Positions 1 to 9,049 are shown, counted from the stretch's first letter. The stretch is 64,000 bases of DNA from a virus (IMGVR_UViG_3300009103_000012:20395-84394), one strand, 5' to 3'. Translations and numbers: made by a program. The notes: generated by a model from the letters alone, not told the origin.

Positions 1-262
1 GGGATAAGTTATCACGTAAAATATTCATATCGGCGTATTGATGTAGATCAAGGTCTACGATGGGCATTGGTTCACCATCAGGACCCGGCTCGAATTCACC
101 TGTCTCACTTGCTTCAAAGATGAATAATATCTTTGGCATCTCTTCATTCATAGGCACATCAATAAACGGTATTTTTGACGTTAGGCCCTCATCAGCTTCC
201 TCATAACAAATCTCTGGCAACCAATGAGTTGCTCTATCGTCTGTAGACACTATAACCTCCAT
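1..262 (-). CDS. Hypothetical protein, truncated by window edge (MEVIVSTDDRATHWLPEICYEE...)
   Basis: Manual translation: ATG at 262, frame open to the window edge; TATAAT 9 nt upstream. Not in the ORF track because it has no stop. Confidence 0.7.
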   Translation of the reverse strand, partial: MEVIVSTDDRATHWLPEICYEEADEGLTSKIPFIDVPMNEEMPKILFIFEASETGEFEPGPDGEPMPIVDLDLHQYADMNILRDNLS

Positions 263-305
263 ATCTCAAGCATTATATTAAAAAATGAGTAGAATTAAAA
301 AATAA

Positions 306-1592
306 CTACATCGAGAGGAGGTCATTCTCCAGCTGAAAAATAATGTCAGCGAATTCTTTCCCCAGGGGGCTAGCCTTCTGTATCTTTTCTAGATCAGGGC
401 GAGGCATCTCCGCAACGAACCCAATCATCTCGCCAATGCTTTGTTTCTTGGCCTCATCAACAGCATCTGCAAATGCGACCGCCAATGTCGCTTGCTCTAT
501 AATCGGATGCCACTCTTCTGGTTTAGCATCTTTAGAAACAGCTTTCCCATCAGGGGTACCCCTGAGCTGCTCAATCATCTTATCAGCTTCATCCCCGCCG
601 GCCTCAAGAGTCGCCTTCTGTTCTTCAATGTTTTTCTCTAATTCTGCGGCTGCAGGAGCTAAATCAATTCCAGCCGAAGCGAGCTTAGGGATCAACTGTG
701 CAAGTTCTTCAAGCGACTTTGCCTGAGAAACTGCGTTCAATCCCTCGATCATATCCATATATTGCTTCTTTACTTCTTCTGCCTCTGCCTTCTTATCAGT
801 AATGACTTCCCTCATATATCCTTCAATTTTTTCACCAGCACCAGACATAGCCAGAAAGTCATCAACTAAATACTGAATATCTTCCTCACCACCAGATTTC
901 TCTTCTTTCTTTTCGTCATCACCCTCAGTCAGAATTCGCTCAAGCTCATCAATCTCGTCTAGTCCCTCAATACGTACTGTCCCACCAGACTGTCCACCAA
1001 TCTGGCCCATATCAGCAGTTGTCATCTTCATATCAGGGCCAAAAAACAAATTCTTGAGATCTCCGAGAAGACCGCCGATTGGACCCTTTGGAGGGGGCGC
1101 AGGAGGAGTATAATCACTTCCAAGCCCTAGCATCTTCGATATATTACCGAATTTATCTGCTGCATAATCTGTGATTGGCTCTGCCACATCGACTGCTTCT
1201 CTAGCCATACCGGCTCCCAAATACACACCAGGATTTGCCATGAACATAAATAACTGAGCGTCTGGAGATGAAAGGGCTTCGTCTGTTGTCTTCATCGCCG
1301 CAGCCATTTCAGAATTGTATTTATCACGCTTCTTTCGAAATTTATCCATCAATACTTTTTGCTTCGCAGGATCAAAAGTAAATGCTGATTCGATATTCGC
1401 TAATACCATATCAGCAGTGTCTTTAAGGGCAACGGTCGCGACCTTATATACATCCACAAAAGGGCCAATGAAAGTCTTGTAAAACTGCTCGCCTGAAGGC
1501 GGGACGATGTCTCCCCATGTAGCGTCGAATGTTTGCTCATTCAAGATTCGCTGGATTTCATTTCTGATAAATATCTCGTCAAGCTCTCTCAC
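306..1592 (-). CDS. Acidic helical hypothetical protein, probable internal head/virion protein
   Basis: 428 aa, E/D-rich; N-terminal IRNEIQRILNE and internal LERILTE motifs shared with neighbouring proteins. Confidence 0.55.
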   Translation of the reverse strand: MRELDEIFIRNEIQRILNEQTFDATWGDIVPPSGEQFYKTFIGPFVDVYKVATVALKDTADMVLANIESAFTFDPAKQKVLMDKFRKKRDKYNSEMAAAMKTTDEALSSPDAQLFMFMANPGVYLGAGMAREAVDVAEPITDYAADKFGNISKMLGLGSDYTPPAPPPKGPIGGLLGDLKNLFFGPDMKMTTADMGQIGGQSGGTVRIEGLDEIDELERILTEGDDEKKEEKSGGEEDIQYLVDDFLAMSGAGEKIEGYMREVITDKKAEAEEVKKQYMDMIEGLNAVSQAKSLEELAQLIPKLASAGIDLAPAAAELEKNIEEQKATLEAGGDEADKMIEQLRGTPDGKAVSKDAKPEEWHPIIEQATLAVAFADAVDEAKKQSIGEMIGFVAEMPRPDLEKIQKASPLGKEFADIIFQLENDLLSM

Positions 1593-1824
1593 GATCCATA
1601 TCCTTTTTCAATCTTGTGCCTGTTCTACTATAATAATTATCAATCAGGCGATGTTCGAATTCATTTAGTCTTTGTTTTTTCGTTTTAGGATCTCTTACTG
1701 AGAAATTTGAGCGAGCATGAGAGGGTAGTGTAACAAGCAAAAGCTTCTTTAATTCCATCCAGCTCTCGACTCCGCAATCACTGCCTAACGATATTGCTTC
1801 AGATATTATCTCTGTTTCTGTCAT
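1579..1824 (-). CDS. Hypothetical protein
   Basis: 81 aa ORF overlapping both neighbours in the same-strand gene string. Confidence 0.65.
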   Translation of the reverse strand: MTETEIISEAISLGSDCGVESWMELKKLLLVTLPSHARSNFSVRDPKTKKQRLNEFEHRLIDNYYSRTGTRLKKDMDRERA

Positions 1825-2645
1825 CTTCTTAATCCAAAAACTGGCATTGGTCCTTCACCGGACTTTTCTTGCTTCTTTTTAGCAGAGAATGATTTACTTC
1901 GCACCTGATAAGTAGTATCCTCAAAGTTGAAATAAAATCCTGGATTCGACTCTAGTGGAATGTCAAAATTACTCTCGAGCAATCCATCAACGAATTCATT
2001 CGCCGTCTCAATAGAGAATGAATGAAGGCCAGATACGTCGGAAAGCTTTTTGCCTTCTGCAAGATACAGCATCCCCTCCATCTGTTCACGAAAGTTTGTA
2101 AAAACTCCGGTACCAGAAATATTAGATAATTGAATAATAGGGTCAATGACAAACCTGAAGGGACCAGACTCATTACACGGAGTGAATGCCTTGAACATTC
2201 TTTCTAGAAGTGGAGTAGTAGTGAGTTCGCCCTTTGGGCTTATCCTCACTGCTCGACGAAAAATAATTGCAGGACGATTTGACGATGCGGCAATCTTTAT
2301 TTCTGGGTGTAGGACCTCAAGCAAAACCCAGCTTGATGATCCTGCTACGAAAGGCCATTCATGAATACACTCACGCTCTATATTTTCCAATGCATTGAAA
2401 ACGACGTCCCGTCTTATTGGGTCCTTCATACGAGAAGCGATATCTTCTGCAGGAATAATATTCGTTCCAAGATCGAATGGATGACGAGCATAAGTGAATT
2501 TACCAGACTCGTCTAGCCTCGCGAAGATCTTAACACACTCAAAGATGGGACGAACGATAGGAGATTGATGACATAGAAAATCAGCAATCTCTAAAAGCTT
2601 CTCCCCCCCAACGCATGTCAGGTTATCCCGAGCTTCGACCAACAT
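1821..2645 (-). CDS. Hypothetical protein
   Basis: 274 aa ORF abutting the upstream stop codon; no confident motif. Confidence 0.7.
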   Translation of the reverse strand: MLVEARDNLTCVGGEKLLEIADFLCHQSPIVRPIFECVKIFARLDESGKFTYARHPFDLGTNIIPAEDIASRMKDPIRRDVVFNALENIERECIHEWPFVAGSSSWVLLEVLHPEIKIAASSNRPAIIFRRAVRISPKGELTTTPLLERMFKAFTPCNESGPFRFVIDPIIQLSNISGTGVFTNFREQMEGMLYLAEGKKLSDVSGLHSFSIETANEFVDGLLESNFDIPLESNPGFYFNFEDTTYQVRSKSFSAKKKQEKSGEGPMPVFGLRR

Positions 2646-3578
2646 TTAAGCAGAGTCCGCAAGGTTTAATTTGGATTGTAGCTTAAGTTCCTCATCCTCT
2701 TTTGATATCTTCTGAGCCTTGCGCATCTTTTGTCGCAAATATTTTAGCGTACCGTTTAAGCTTGAGCGATCCGCAGACCCTCTATTCAAACTATCTCGCT
2801 GTTGGACTGTATCTTCAATTCTAGAAGAAAGATCCTGAATACAATCGGAGCTGCCGAAATCTACAATCTGACCATCTATACAACGGTGAGAATCAGAAGA
2901 TGAATAATTTTCTAGCACAAAACTAAGCTCTCTTGATTTATCAGCTAATTCGCCAACAATGATCGGTGCCTCCCCTGGAGGAAGACGATCAAGACCAAGT
3001 TCCTCAGGCTCTCCGGCTGGAGTTTTCGACTTCTCTTCTTTTTCGGGTTGAGTTATCTTTATCCCCATTTGACTTGGACGAGGAGCTTCTTCTCCAGAAG
3101 TACCTCCCGTCAAAATAGCACCAAGAGCTGCAAGGTATGAAAACAGCGCATCAGTTTCTCCTGTACCCAAACTGTCAAAATAGTCTTCAAGCGCACCGGA
3201 TATCTCTTCATCTTTCAAACTTTTGCCTGCACGAAGATTATTGATCTGTTTTTCTATCTGTTTATAGGATACCATATCTGGTATGACATCTGGTGCCTGA
3301 ACTTCAAAGTCGTCAGAAGAATCACCACCTTCATCATCAGCCGAAGGTTTCGGCTTAGCTTCAATATCCTCTTCTTCCTCTTCTTCCTCTTCTTCCTCTT
3401 CTTCAGCCTCGTCAGTTATTTCTTCTTTCTTTGCTTTTTCTGGAGCACGTAAGCCATCGTCATCAATTTGTTTTGACATTTTGGACTGTTTCGACTCTTC
3501 ATCGGTAACTTTAAAGTCTTCCTGCAGAATCTTAGAAGCAATCCCATCGGCTATCTTCATCAAATCAATTCTTCTCAT
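2646..3578 (-). CDS. Acidic hypothetical protein with poly-Glu tract, probable virion/head protein
   Basis: 310 aa; E11 run; N-terminal IASKILQE motif. Confidence 0.6.
   Translation of the reverse strand: MRRIDLMKIADGIASKILQEDFKVTDEESKQSKMSKQIDDDGLRAPEKAKKEEITDEAEEEEEEEEEEEEDIEAKPKPSADDEGGDSSDDFEVQAPDVIPDMVSYKQIEKQINNLRAGKSLKDEEISGALEDYFDSLGTGETDALFSYLAALGAILTGGTSGEEAPRPSQMGIKITQPEKEEKSKTPAGEPEELGLDRLPPGEAPIIVGELADKSRELSFVLENYSSSDSHRCIDGQIVDFGSSDCIQDLSSRIEDTVQQRDSLNRGSADRSSLNGTLKYLRQKMRKAQKISKEDEELKLQSKLNLADSA
3368..3404. repeat. (CTCTTCTTC)n-type tandem repeat encoding poly-Glu
   Basis: About four copies of a 9-nt unit visible on the + strand inside 2646..3578. Confidence 0.75.
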
Positions 3579-3759
3579 TTTTACCTCGCGTTACCCAGCG
3601 TATAGAGTTTTGCCAACGCTCAGTATACCTTCTGACTCTTTCACGCTGGGAATGATTTTGTTCGTCTTGCCTTACGGCTTCCCTAGACTGCTTTTCTCTA
3701 GCTTGTTTCTGCTCAATATCTTTCATGAATTTATCAAAATAGGACATGCTCACTCTCAA
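3565..3759 (-). CDS. Small hypothetical protein
   Basis: 64 aa, charged and helical; overlaps both neighbours. Confidence 0.6.
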   Translation of the reverse strand: MRVSMSYFDKFMKDIEQKQAREKQSREAVRQDEQNHSQRERVRRYTERWQNSIRWVTRGKNEKN

Positions 3760-4192
3760 ATGTTACGGTTAATAAAAATGTATTCGATGCGATCTTAACA
3801 ATGCCAAATGACGAAATGGTGCAATCATCTGCCTCAAATCCGTTGTCGCCCGTTAAGACAATATTAACAGGCTTACTCTCTGTGTTCTTTTTCGCATCAT
3901 GCAAAGCCTGCATAATTTCCGGGTTGCATTTAGATATCTCCATACTAAGACTTTGTCTATTTGTCTCTCCCACAAATTGTAATGTGTGGAGATTACCTAT
4001 GATTGTTGCGCACTCGGGGGGCTCTATAATTATTGAAAGCTTATTTTCTTCCGCGATAGGCTCACCCTTCTCCTGATCAAAGTCTAGACCCATGAGCTCT
4101 CTCAATCCATCAGACATGATAATATTATCCGGATTATCGAGCACCCGCTCATACTCTTTATTGATGACCCTCATATTATTATCTGTACTCAT
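3734..4192 (-). CDS. Hypothetical protein
   Basis: ORF track gives 3734..4285; more likely start is ATG 4192 (MSTDNN), which has GGAG upstream and avoids a long overlap with the PCD-like gene. Confidence 0.6.
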   Translation of the reverse strand: MSTDNNMRVINKEYERVLDNPDNIIMSDGLRELMGLDFDQEKGEPIAEENKLSIIIEPPECATIIGNLHTLQFVGETNRQSLSMEISKCNPEIMQALHDAKKNTESKPVNIVLTGDNGFEADDCTISSFGIVKIASNTFLLTVTFESEHVLF

Positions 4193-4577
4193 AGCCAAAC
4201 TCTCCAAGCAAACCAACATCATTAAAAATATCGTCACAACGACCTGCATATTCAAGATCAAGTTCAGTAACGGCATTAACATCATGTGTCCAGACTTCTA
4301 CAGTTATTTCCATTCCTTCAATTAGAATATTGGCATGATGACCTGACTGCGCTTCATCTTCGATAAGCTCTTTAAGAAACCAATTACGCATCTGAACATC
4401 GTCAAAAGCAAATTTCTTTATGAGGCGCTCAGGACCCTGAAGTGTTCCCCAAGTACTCTCATCTACTTCAATGGGAATTTCTGGTCCTGATTCTACAACA
4501 AGTCCAAAAACTCCAGAAGAGGGATTGGCTGACTCTTTCTCGCTTAGGTAATTTTTCATTATCGATTGAAGCATCAT
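4179..4577 (-). CDS. Pterin-4-alpha-carbinolamine dehydratase (PCD/PhhB)-like protein
   Basis: W...LIKKFAF...GHHANI...VEVWTHDVNAVTELDLEYA matches the PCD HH..TH..D signature; ~40-aa N-terminal extension. Confidence 0.75.
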   Translation of the reverse strand: MMLQSIMKNYLSEKESANPSSGVFGLVVESGPEIPIEVDESTWGTLQGPERLIKKFAFDDVQMRNWFLKELIEDEAQSGHHANILIEGMEITVEVWTHDVNAVTELDLEYAGRCDDIFNDVGLLGEFGYEYR

Positions 4578-4581
4578 GTCC

Positions 4582-5616
4582 CTACTCAGCGTTCATGGCA
4601 TTGACCACACCCTGCATTAACTTGCTATGCGGCAAGCCATCAAAATAAGTCTTCGCCCGGGCATACAGCCCTGGAGTTAGATCTTTTAGTTGTGTTACTG
4701 GGTCTAAGCCGTCTCTCTTAGCATCTCGAACCATCTTATTATAGACATTCGTCAGGAAGCCGTCCCATATAAAGTATCTTAGTGGGGGCCACCCTCTAAT
4801 GGCTTCACCTGCATTCCTTAACTCATCGGCATCTTGATCGTCAATGGCATCTAATTCAACCAGTGCATTTGCAAAAAATTGCAATGCAAAGTCATTTATT
4901 TTATCCATATCACCAGGAAAATCGTCATATATCAAGCGAAAGTGTTTGAGAGCATCGCCTTCCAGCTTCTTAATACCGCTGGTGCTTAGACCCATTTCAT
5001 CAGCAATCTGCGCTAGCGTTACTTCACCAGCATGAGGATCACCCCGTTCTACAGCTGCTAAATCTTCATCACTTGGTCCGTCCCATTCATCGTCTTCATC
5101 ATCATCATAGTGTTTACCCAGCTTAAACTCATCCCAATTTCCTTCCATCAAAGAAATAAGGAGCTGATTTCTAATAACGCTTCTTGCTTCTTGGACTTCT
5201 TCTGGTTCGTTCATACCAGCTTCATCTTTCACCTGAACGCTGACCACTTCGTGATCATCAACAAACTTCTTAAATTTTTCATAAGTCTTTGTTGTTATTT
5301 TTGCGTCGTCAGGTAATTTCTGGGCGAGTGTATAAAGAGAACGAGCTAAATCTTGGGTGTTCACAGGCCTGTACTCTGGATCATCAACAGGGGGCTCATC
5401 TTCGCTGAGCTGTGTCGCCATTTGTGGCGCTGGACTTATTGGCATGTCCATTGGATCTTCTTCTTCTGGCCCATCATCCACAAATTGAGTACCGGCTCGT
5501 TCGCCATCAGCCCAACTTGACTCGCTATATTCGGGATAGCCAAAAGCCTGCTCAAAAAGTAACGCTCTTGCTTGAACCCTTAAATTACCAAAATTCTTGT
5601 TAGTCATTATTGCCAC
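4582..5616 (-). CDS. Acidic protein with a sigma70 region-4-like HTH
   Basis: EVTLAQIADEMGLSTSGIKKLEGDALKHFR resembles sigma region 4.2; no region 2 seen; start may be ATG 5607 (GAGGTGG RBS). Confidence 0.55.
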   Translation of the reverse strand: MAIMTNKNFGNLRVQARALLFEQAFGYPEYSESSWADGERAGTQFVDDGPEEEDPMDMPISPAPQMATQLSEDEPPVDDPEYRPVNTQDLARSLYTLAQKLPDDAKITTKTYEKFKKFVDDHEVVSVQVKDEAGMNEPEEVQEARSVIRNQLLISLMEGNWDEFKLGKHYDDDEDDEWDGPSDEDLAAVERGDPHAGEVTLAQIADEMGLSTSGIKKLEGDALKHFRLIYDDFPGDMDKINDFALQFFANALVELDAIDDQDADELRNAGEAIRGWPPLRYFIWDGFLTNVYNKMVRDAKRDGLDPVTQLKDLTPGLYARAKTYFDGLPHSKLMQGVVNAMNAE

Positions 5617-5625
5617 CTCACCTAC

Positions 5626-5632
5626 TAAATAT
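5626..5632 (-). promoter_or_regulatory. ATANTTA late-promoter-like motif (ATATTTA)
   Basis: Intergenic; the same heptamer recurs at 14 sites before late-type genes. Confidence 0.5.
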
Positions 5633-5652
5633 GAAGAAGATTAGTAGTTTTT

Positions 5653-6102
5653 CTATTGAGCTGCGGCTTGATTCATAGCGACACCGGCGCCGATTGTAAT
5701 ACCAACACCAGCAACTATCCCTATAACTAAAGCCCACTCAGGAGAAAGCCTTGGTTTTGTCAGTCTTTCCTCTAAATAAATATTGTAGTCACGATAAGCA
5801 GCTAGCTGCGTATTATAAAAATCAGTACGAATTTGAAAATTAGAATTGCATGTATCAAGCTCTAATTGCTTGGCAGATACAGCAGTTGTGACTGCTAAAT
5901 CTATGCTTGCTTGGCAGCGCTCATTTTGCTGCTCAAGATTAGCCAAAAGAGTCGCGGCATCTTCAGTGGTAAGAATGACCCCAGTAAAGGGAGCAGGTTC
6001 GCCTTCGTTAATAGGCACAGGTTCGTCAGCATAAGAAATAGCTGGATACATTACTAAAAATGCACAAATCCACGCAACGATTACTGTATTGAAAAACTTC
6101 AT
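5653..6102 (-). CDS. Exported coiled-coil membrane protein, possibly spanin-like
   Basis: N-terminal signal peptide (..ISYA/DEP), GEPAPFTGVIL, coiled coil, C-terminal TM (WALVIGIVAGVGITIGAGV). Confidence 0.5.
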   Translation of the reverse strand: MKFFNTVIVAWICAFLVMYPAISYADEPVPINEGEPAPFTGVILTTEDAATLLANLEQQNERCQASIDLAVTTAVSAKQLELDTCNSNFQIRTDFYNTQLAAYRDYNIYLEERLTKPRLSPEWALVIGIVAGVGITIGAGVAMNQAAAQ

Positions 6103-6107
6103 ACAGA

Positions 6108-6136
6108 ATTGTATGTTGATCAGTCGTTTAGTAAAC
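6108..6136 (-). promoter_or_regulatory. Sigma70-like promoter GTTTAC-N17-TACAAT
   Basis: Read on the minus strand; -10 box lies only 5 nt before ATG 6102. Confidence 0.45.
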
Positions 6137-7115
6137 CAGCAAGTTTACGCCAGCGTTCAAGAACAAGATCACCCTCAACGTGCTGCGACTCTTTTGCTGT
6201 GTTGCCCTTCATGGCCCATCCTGTCTCTTCTTCTGCACCATAAGGTTCATTTACATCAACTTCACCTGCCGAGAGAGCTGCCACTGCTTCGGGAACATCA
6301 GGCTCATCAATAACGGGCATATCTTCACGAGTAGGGGCGCCTGAAGGAAGATCAAACGCCACAGCGCCAAGATTCTCAACAAACTTATCGACAGCGGCGT
6401 CAACGGCAGCCTCGCCGGTCTCATCGGTAAACTTTTCAATTGCTGCCTGAACAGCTGCAGGGTCCATCTGGTATGCACCATTTGCAAGATACTTTTCTAA
6501 TTGGGCGCGAATCGGAGCTTCTTTAAATTGATCGAAGCCTCCAGTCGCCGCCTTACCAGCAGTCACACCAAAGCGGCCGACTGTCAAAGCATTCAAGACA
6601 GGAATCAATTTATCAGCTGGAAAATCAACGCTATATCCACCAATCTGTGCAGAGGGATCCACCATGGCAGTAGCAACCCACCGATGGTGACCATCCATAA
6701 TGTGTTTATCGTTAGAAATAAATGCGCCCAATTCGCCACCGGCTTGGTCGTCTCTGATCATACCAAGCGCCATGCTAAGTGCCTTCTCAATATTCATGCT
6801 TGACTGGGAAGGCTTCAGGTCGGACACGGAAAAAGAAGCGCCACCGACTCCAATAACGTCATCTGCGGACCCGCCATCTGTCGCGTCCTTACCAGACGAA
6901 GTAATCGCGTGGGCCTTATTGGGGTCACCAGCAACAGATGAGAGAGGAAGCGGAAATCGATCCGTATCGACCTTCTTGGGGTCTGCATCTTCTTTCAAGA
7001 CTTCTCGGATTTCATTTAAGATTACACTACGAAGCTGGTTACCACCAAGCTTAATAGCTCCTTTTTGTGCGGGCTGCATTCCAAAAACTTCTTTTAGAGT
7101 TTTATTTCTTTTCAT
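6120..7115 (-). CDS. ParB/Srx-like domain protein, probably virion-associated
   Basis: VSDLKPSQ...FISNDKHIMDGHHRW ParB-N motif; LRSVILNEIREVLKE and ERWRKLAGLL terminal motifs. Confidence 0.65.
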   Translation of the reverse strand: MKRNKTLKEVFGMQPAQKGAIKLGGNQLRSVILNEIREVLKEDADPKKVDTDRFPLPLSSVAGDPNKAHAITSSGKDATDGGSADDVIGVGGASFSVSDLKPSQSSMNIEKALSMALGMIRDDQAGGELGAFISNDKHIMDGHHRWVATAMVDPSAQIGGYSVDFPADKLIPVLNALTVGRFGVTAGKAATGGFDQFKEAPIRAQLEKYLANGAYQMDPAAVQAAIEKFTDETGEAAVDAAVDKFVENLGAVAFDLPSGAPTREDMPVIDEPDVPEAVAALSAGEVDVNEPYGAEEETGWAMKGNTAKESQHVEGDLVLERWRKLAGLLND

Positions 7116-7147
7116 TTGTATCCCCTATGCGGTCGATATTACTTCAT

Positions 7148-7154
7148 TAAATAT
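7148..7154 (-). promoter_or_regulatory. ATANTTA motif (ATATTTA)
   Basis: Intergenic, upstream of the ParB-like gene. Confidence 0.5.
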
Positions 7155-7159
7155 TCAGT

Positions 7160-7579
7160 CTAATCCAAATATTCCTTAAGTCGGTGAGCAATCTCTTCCT
7201 CTGGCGACTCTGATGTCAAAATCTCTTTTATGTTTTTTTTCTTCTCTTCATCAAGAGACCCAATTTTTTTCTTATACTTCTCTTCTGCTTCCTTATTGGC
7301 AGATAAAAAAGTTTCCAAATTTTTCTTTAACGCTTCTCGTTCCTTTTCAGTCGCCTCTTGTTCTCCAGCGACCAGAGCATCAATAAGCTTGTTCTTTTCT
7401 TCCAGAGCTTTTGCTGCATCTCTAGAGCCACGAGTTAGGGTTAACATACCCAGGACCCCCACAAGAACCCCTATCAATAATTCCCACCGCTCTTTACAGA
7501 ATTCGATAAAAGACTTCCACGCAGATATAGTCCAGGCCTTCAAAGCTAACCACGTCAACATTATCTGCCGTGTCTCCAC
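7160..7579 (-). CDS. Membrane-anchored coiled-coil protein (i-spanin-like)
   Basis: Single N-terminal TM (LLIGVLVGVLGMLTL) followed by a long charged helix; next to a holin-like gene. Confidence 0.45.
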   Translation of the reverse strand: METRQIMLTWLALKAWTISAWKSFIEFCKERWELLIGVLVGVLGMLTLTRGSRDAAKALEEKNKLIDALVAGEQEATEKEREALKKNLETFLSANKEAEEKYKKKIGSLDEEKKKNIKEILTSESPEEEIAHRLKEYLD

Positions 7580-7803
7580 GCGATGGCAGCATCAATAACT
7601 GATTGACCACCGATATAAATCATAGCGATCATTCCCCATGTCTCGCTATCAAGACCAGCCCAGGCTAAAAGTCCGGTAGCTGTTAAGAATACAAAAAACT
7701 TTCTTGAGATAATCCTCCCGACTATCTTGTCAACTATCCCAAGCTTCTCGCCTTCCATTGCTGCTTTTGCTTCCAGCAAATCAATTTCATTATCGCCCAT
7801 CAT
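7561..7803 (-). CDS. Holin-like small membrane protein
   Basis: 80 aa, SRKF followed by two hydrophobic helices (YIGGQSVID). Confidence 0.5.
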   Translation of the reverse strand: MMGDNEIDLLEAKAAMEGEKLGIVDKIVGRIISRKFFVFLTATGLLAWAGLDSETWGMIAMIYIGGQSVIDAAIAWRHGR

Positions 7804-7822
7804 AACCTCTCAATTATAACAC

Positions 7823-7829
7823 TAAATAT
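7823..7829 (-). promoter_or_regulatory. ATANTTA motif (ATATTTA)
   Basis: Intergenic, upstream of the holin-like gene. Confidence 0.5.
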
Positions 7830-7837
7830 GGATGAAG

Positions 7838-8104
7838 TTAATTATCGTCTCTATTCTGACCTGAAGAAAAACCAAACATCATCTGGGAAGGATCAATGTC
7901 TTGCAAAAAATGCGCGACCATTTCTTGTATATTCCGGACATCATTGGCTACAAGATCATTATTTCTTGAAATGGCAACAATAGCCGACTGAAGATTCTGC
8001 AATGTTAATGCTAAAGATCGATAATCTCTCTCAAGTTGAAGAATTCGCTCTTTGGCTTCTTCCAATTCTTTGGCTTTTTTACTTCTCCACGGCCACCACG
8101 ACAT
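7838..8104 (-). CDS. Coiled-coil hypothetical protein
   Basis: 88 aa ORF in the gene string. Confidence 0.65.
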   Translation of the reverse strand: MSWWPWRSKKAKELEEAKERILQLERDYRSLALTLQNLQSAIVAISRNNDLVANDVRNIQEMVAHFLQDIDPSQMMFGFSSGQNRDDN

Positions 8105-8105
8105 A

Positions 8106-8393
8106 TCATTTCTCCTCAGAAGAATCCTTCAGCGTATCATACATTTCGATTACATCAAATACGCTTTCTGCATCTGTACCAACAACTTTTCGTAACTCTT
8201 TGTTTGACTTTTCATCCGCAAGCTTGTCTACTATTTTAACCAAAGCTGGATCTCCGTTAACGAGACGAGAAATAAGACCGTCTACAATCTCTTGCATCGA
8301 TAGCTTTTTTCTAAAAGCGAGCACCCGAAATTCAGCATGGGTTTCAGTAAGAAGATTAAAGTGGACTGACTTCTTTTTAACCCAATTACTCAT
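8106..8393 (-). CDS. Ribbon-helix-helix DNA-binding protein
   Basis: KKSVHFNL-TETHAEFRVLAFRKKLSMQEIVDGLI fits the RHH beta-alpha-alpha pattern. Confidence 0.55.
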   Translation of the reverse strand: MSNWVKKKSVHFNLLTETHAEFRVLAFRKKLSMQEIVDGLISRLVNGDPALVKIVDKLADEKSNKELRKVVGTDAESVFDVIEMYDTLKDSSEEK

Positions 8394-9049
8394 GGACCAG
8401 CTGCAGCTGTGGCCCCTACCGCAATGGGAACCTGTTCATCATATTCTTCTTGTTTCGCGGCATGGTCTTCTTTCTTTCTAATATCATGACGTGTGGCAAG
8501 GAGTTCTCCAACTTCATCGGCAATCTCTTCACCATACTTGTCTAATAAAAAGCTTCTAGCTTTAGACATAATCAATTCTTCAATGTCAAAAAACGCGTCA
8601 AAGTTTAAGATTAGCCTTGCGGTCTCGGCAGCGAAACGATCTACATCAATCGTAACTTCATCTGCCTCTCTTAACAGCATCCTCTTAAGAGAATAACTTT
8701 CCTCTTGTACTTGAGCGCTCTTAATTGAGTCAGATTCAATATCAATAAAAATAGCCTGAAGTTGATCATCTAAAGACTTACCGAAACGAACCTCATCTTC
8801 TTCTTCAGCTTTTGGACCCTCGTCCTCTTCAGCCTCGCCTCCACCTTCGTCGTCGCCACCTTCTTCTTCACCACCCTCTTCTTCACCACCTTCTTCTTCA
8901 CCACCGAATGGATCATCTCCACCTTCTTCTTCGCCGCCGGCCTCTTCTTCGCCGCCGCCTTCTTCTTCGCCACCAAATGGGTCGTCCTGCTCCAGCAAAG
9001 TACCTTTGTATGCTTTACGAAAATAATCTTTTAGTTGGTCTCTCTTCAT
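8390..9049 (-). CDS. Highly acidic protein with GGEEE repeats (head/scaffold-like)
   Basis: 219 aa; DDPFGGEEE twice plus repeated GGEEE; GTLLEQ and LKRMLLRE motifs. Confidence 0.6.
   Translation of the reverse strand: MKRDQLKDYFRKAYKGTLLEQDDPFGGEEEGGGEEEAGGEEEGGDDPFGGEEEGGEEEGGEEEGGDDEGGGEAEEDEGPKAEEEDEVRFGKSLDDQLQAIFIDIESDSIKSAQVQEESYSLKRMLLREADEVTIDVDRFAAETARLILNFDAFFDIEELIMSKARSFLLDKYGEEIADEVGELLATRHDIRKKEDHAAKQEEYDEQVPIAVGATAAAGP
8826..8986. repeat. Imperfect ~15-nt tandem repeats encoding GGEEE
   Basis: Repeated cttcttcaccacc / cttcttcgccgcc units on the + strand. Confidence 0.7.

Noticed and set aside
1821-2645. Possible degenerate ligase/nucleotidyltransferase fold
   Set aside because: No KxDG motif; resemblance too weak to call without a profile search.
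7801-7841. Weak RBS-pairing stems around other ATANTTA sites (UAACUUC/GAGGUUA before the holin-like gene; ACUCCA/UGGAGU near 12250-12292)
   Set aside because: Only 6-7 bp with long loops; could be chance, unlike the 22-bp stem at 63594-63650.
8770-8976. Histone H1-like ORF (MVAKKKAAAKKRPAAKKK...)
   Set aside because: It is the alternative-frame reading of the GGEEE repeat of 8390..9049 (GAA-GAA read as AAG-AAG), fully nested and without an RBS.
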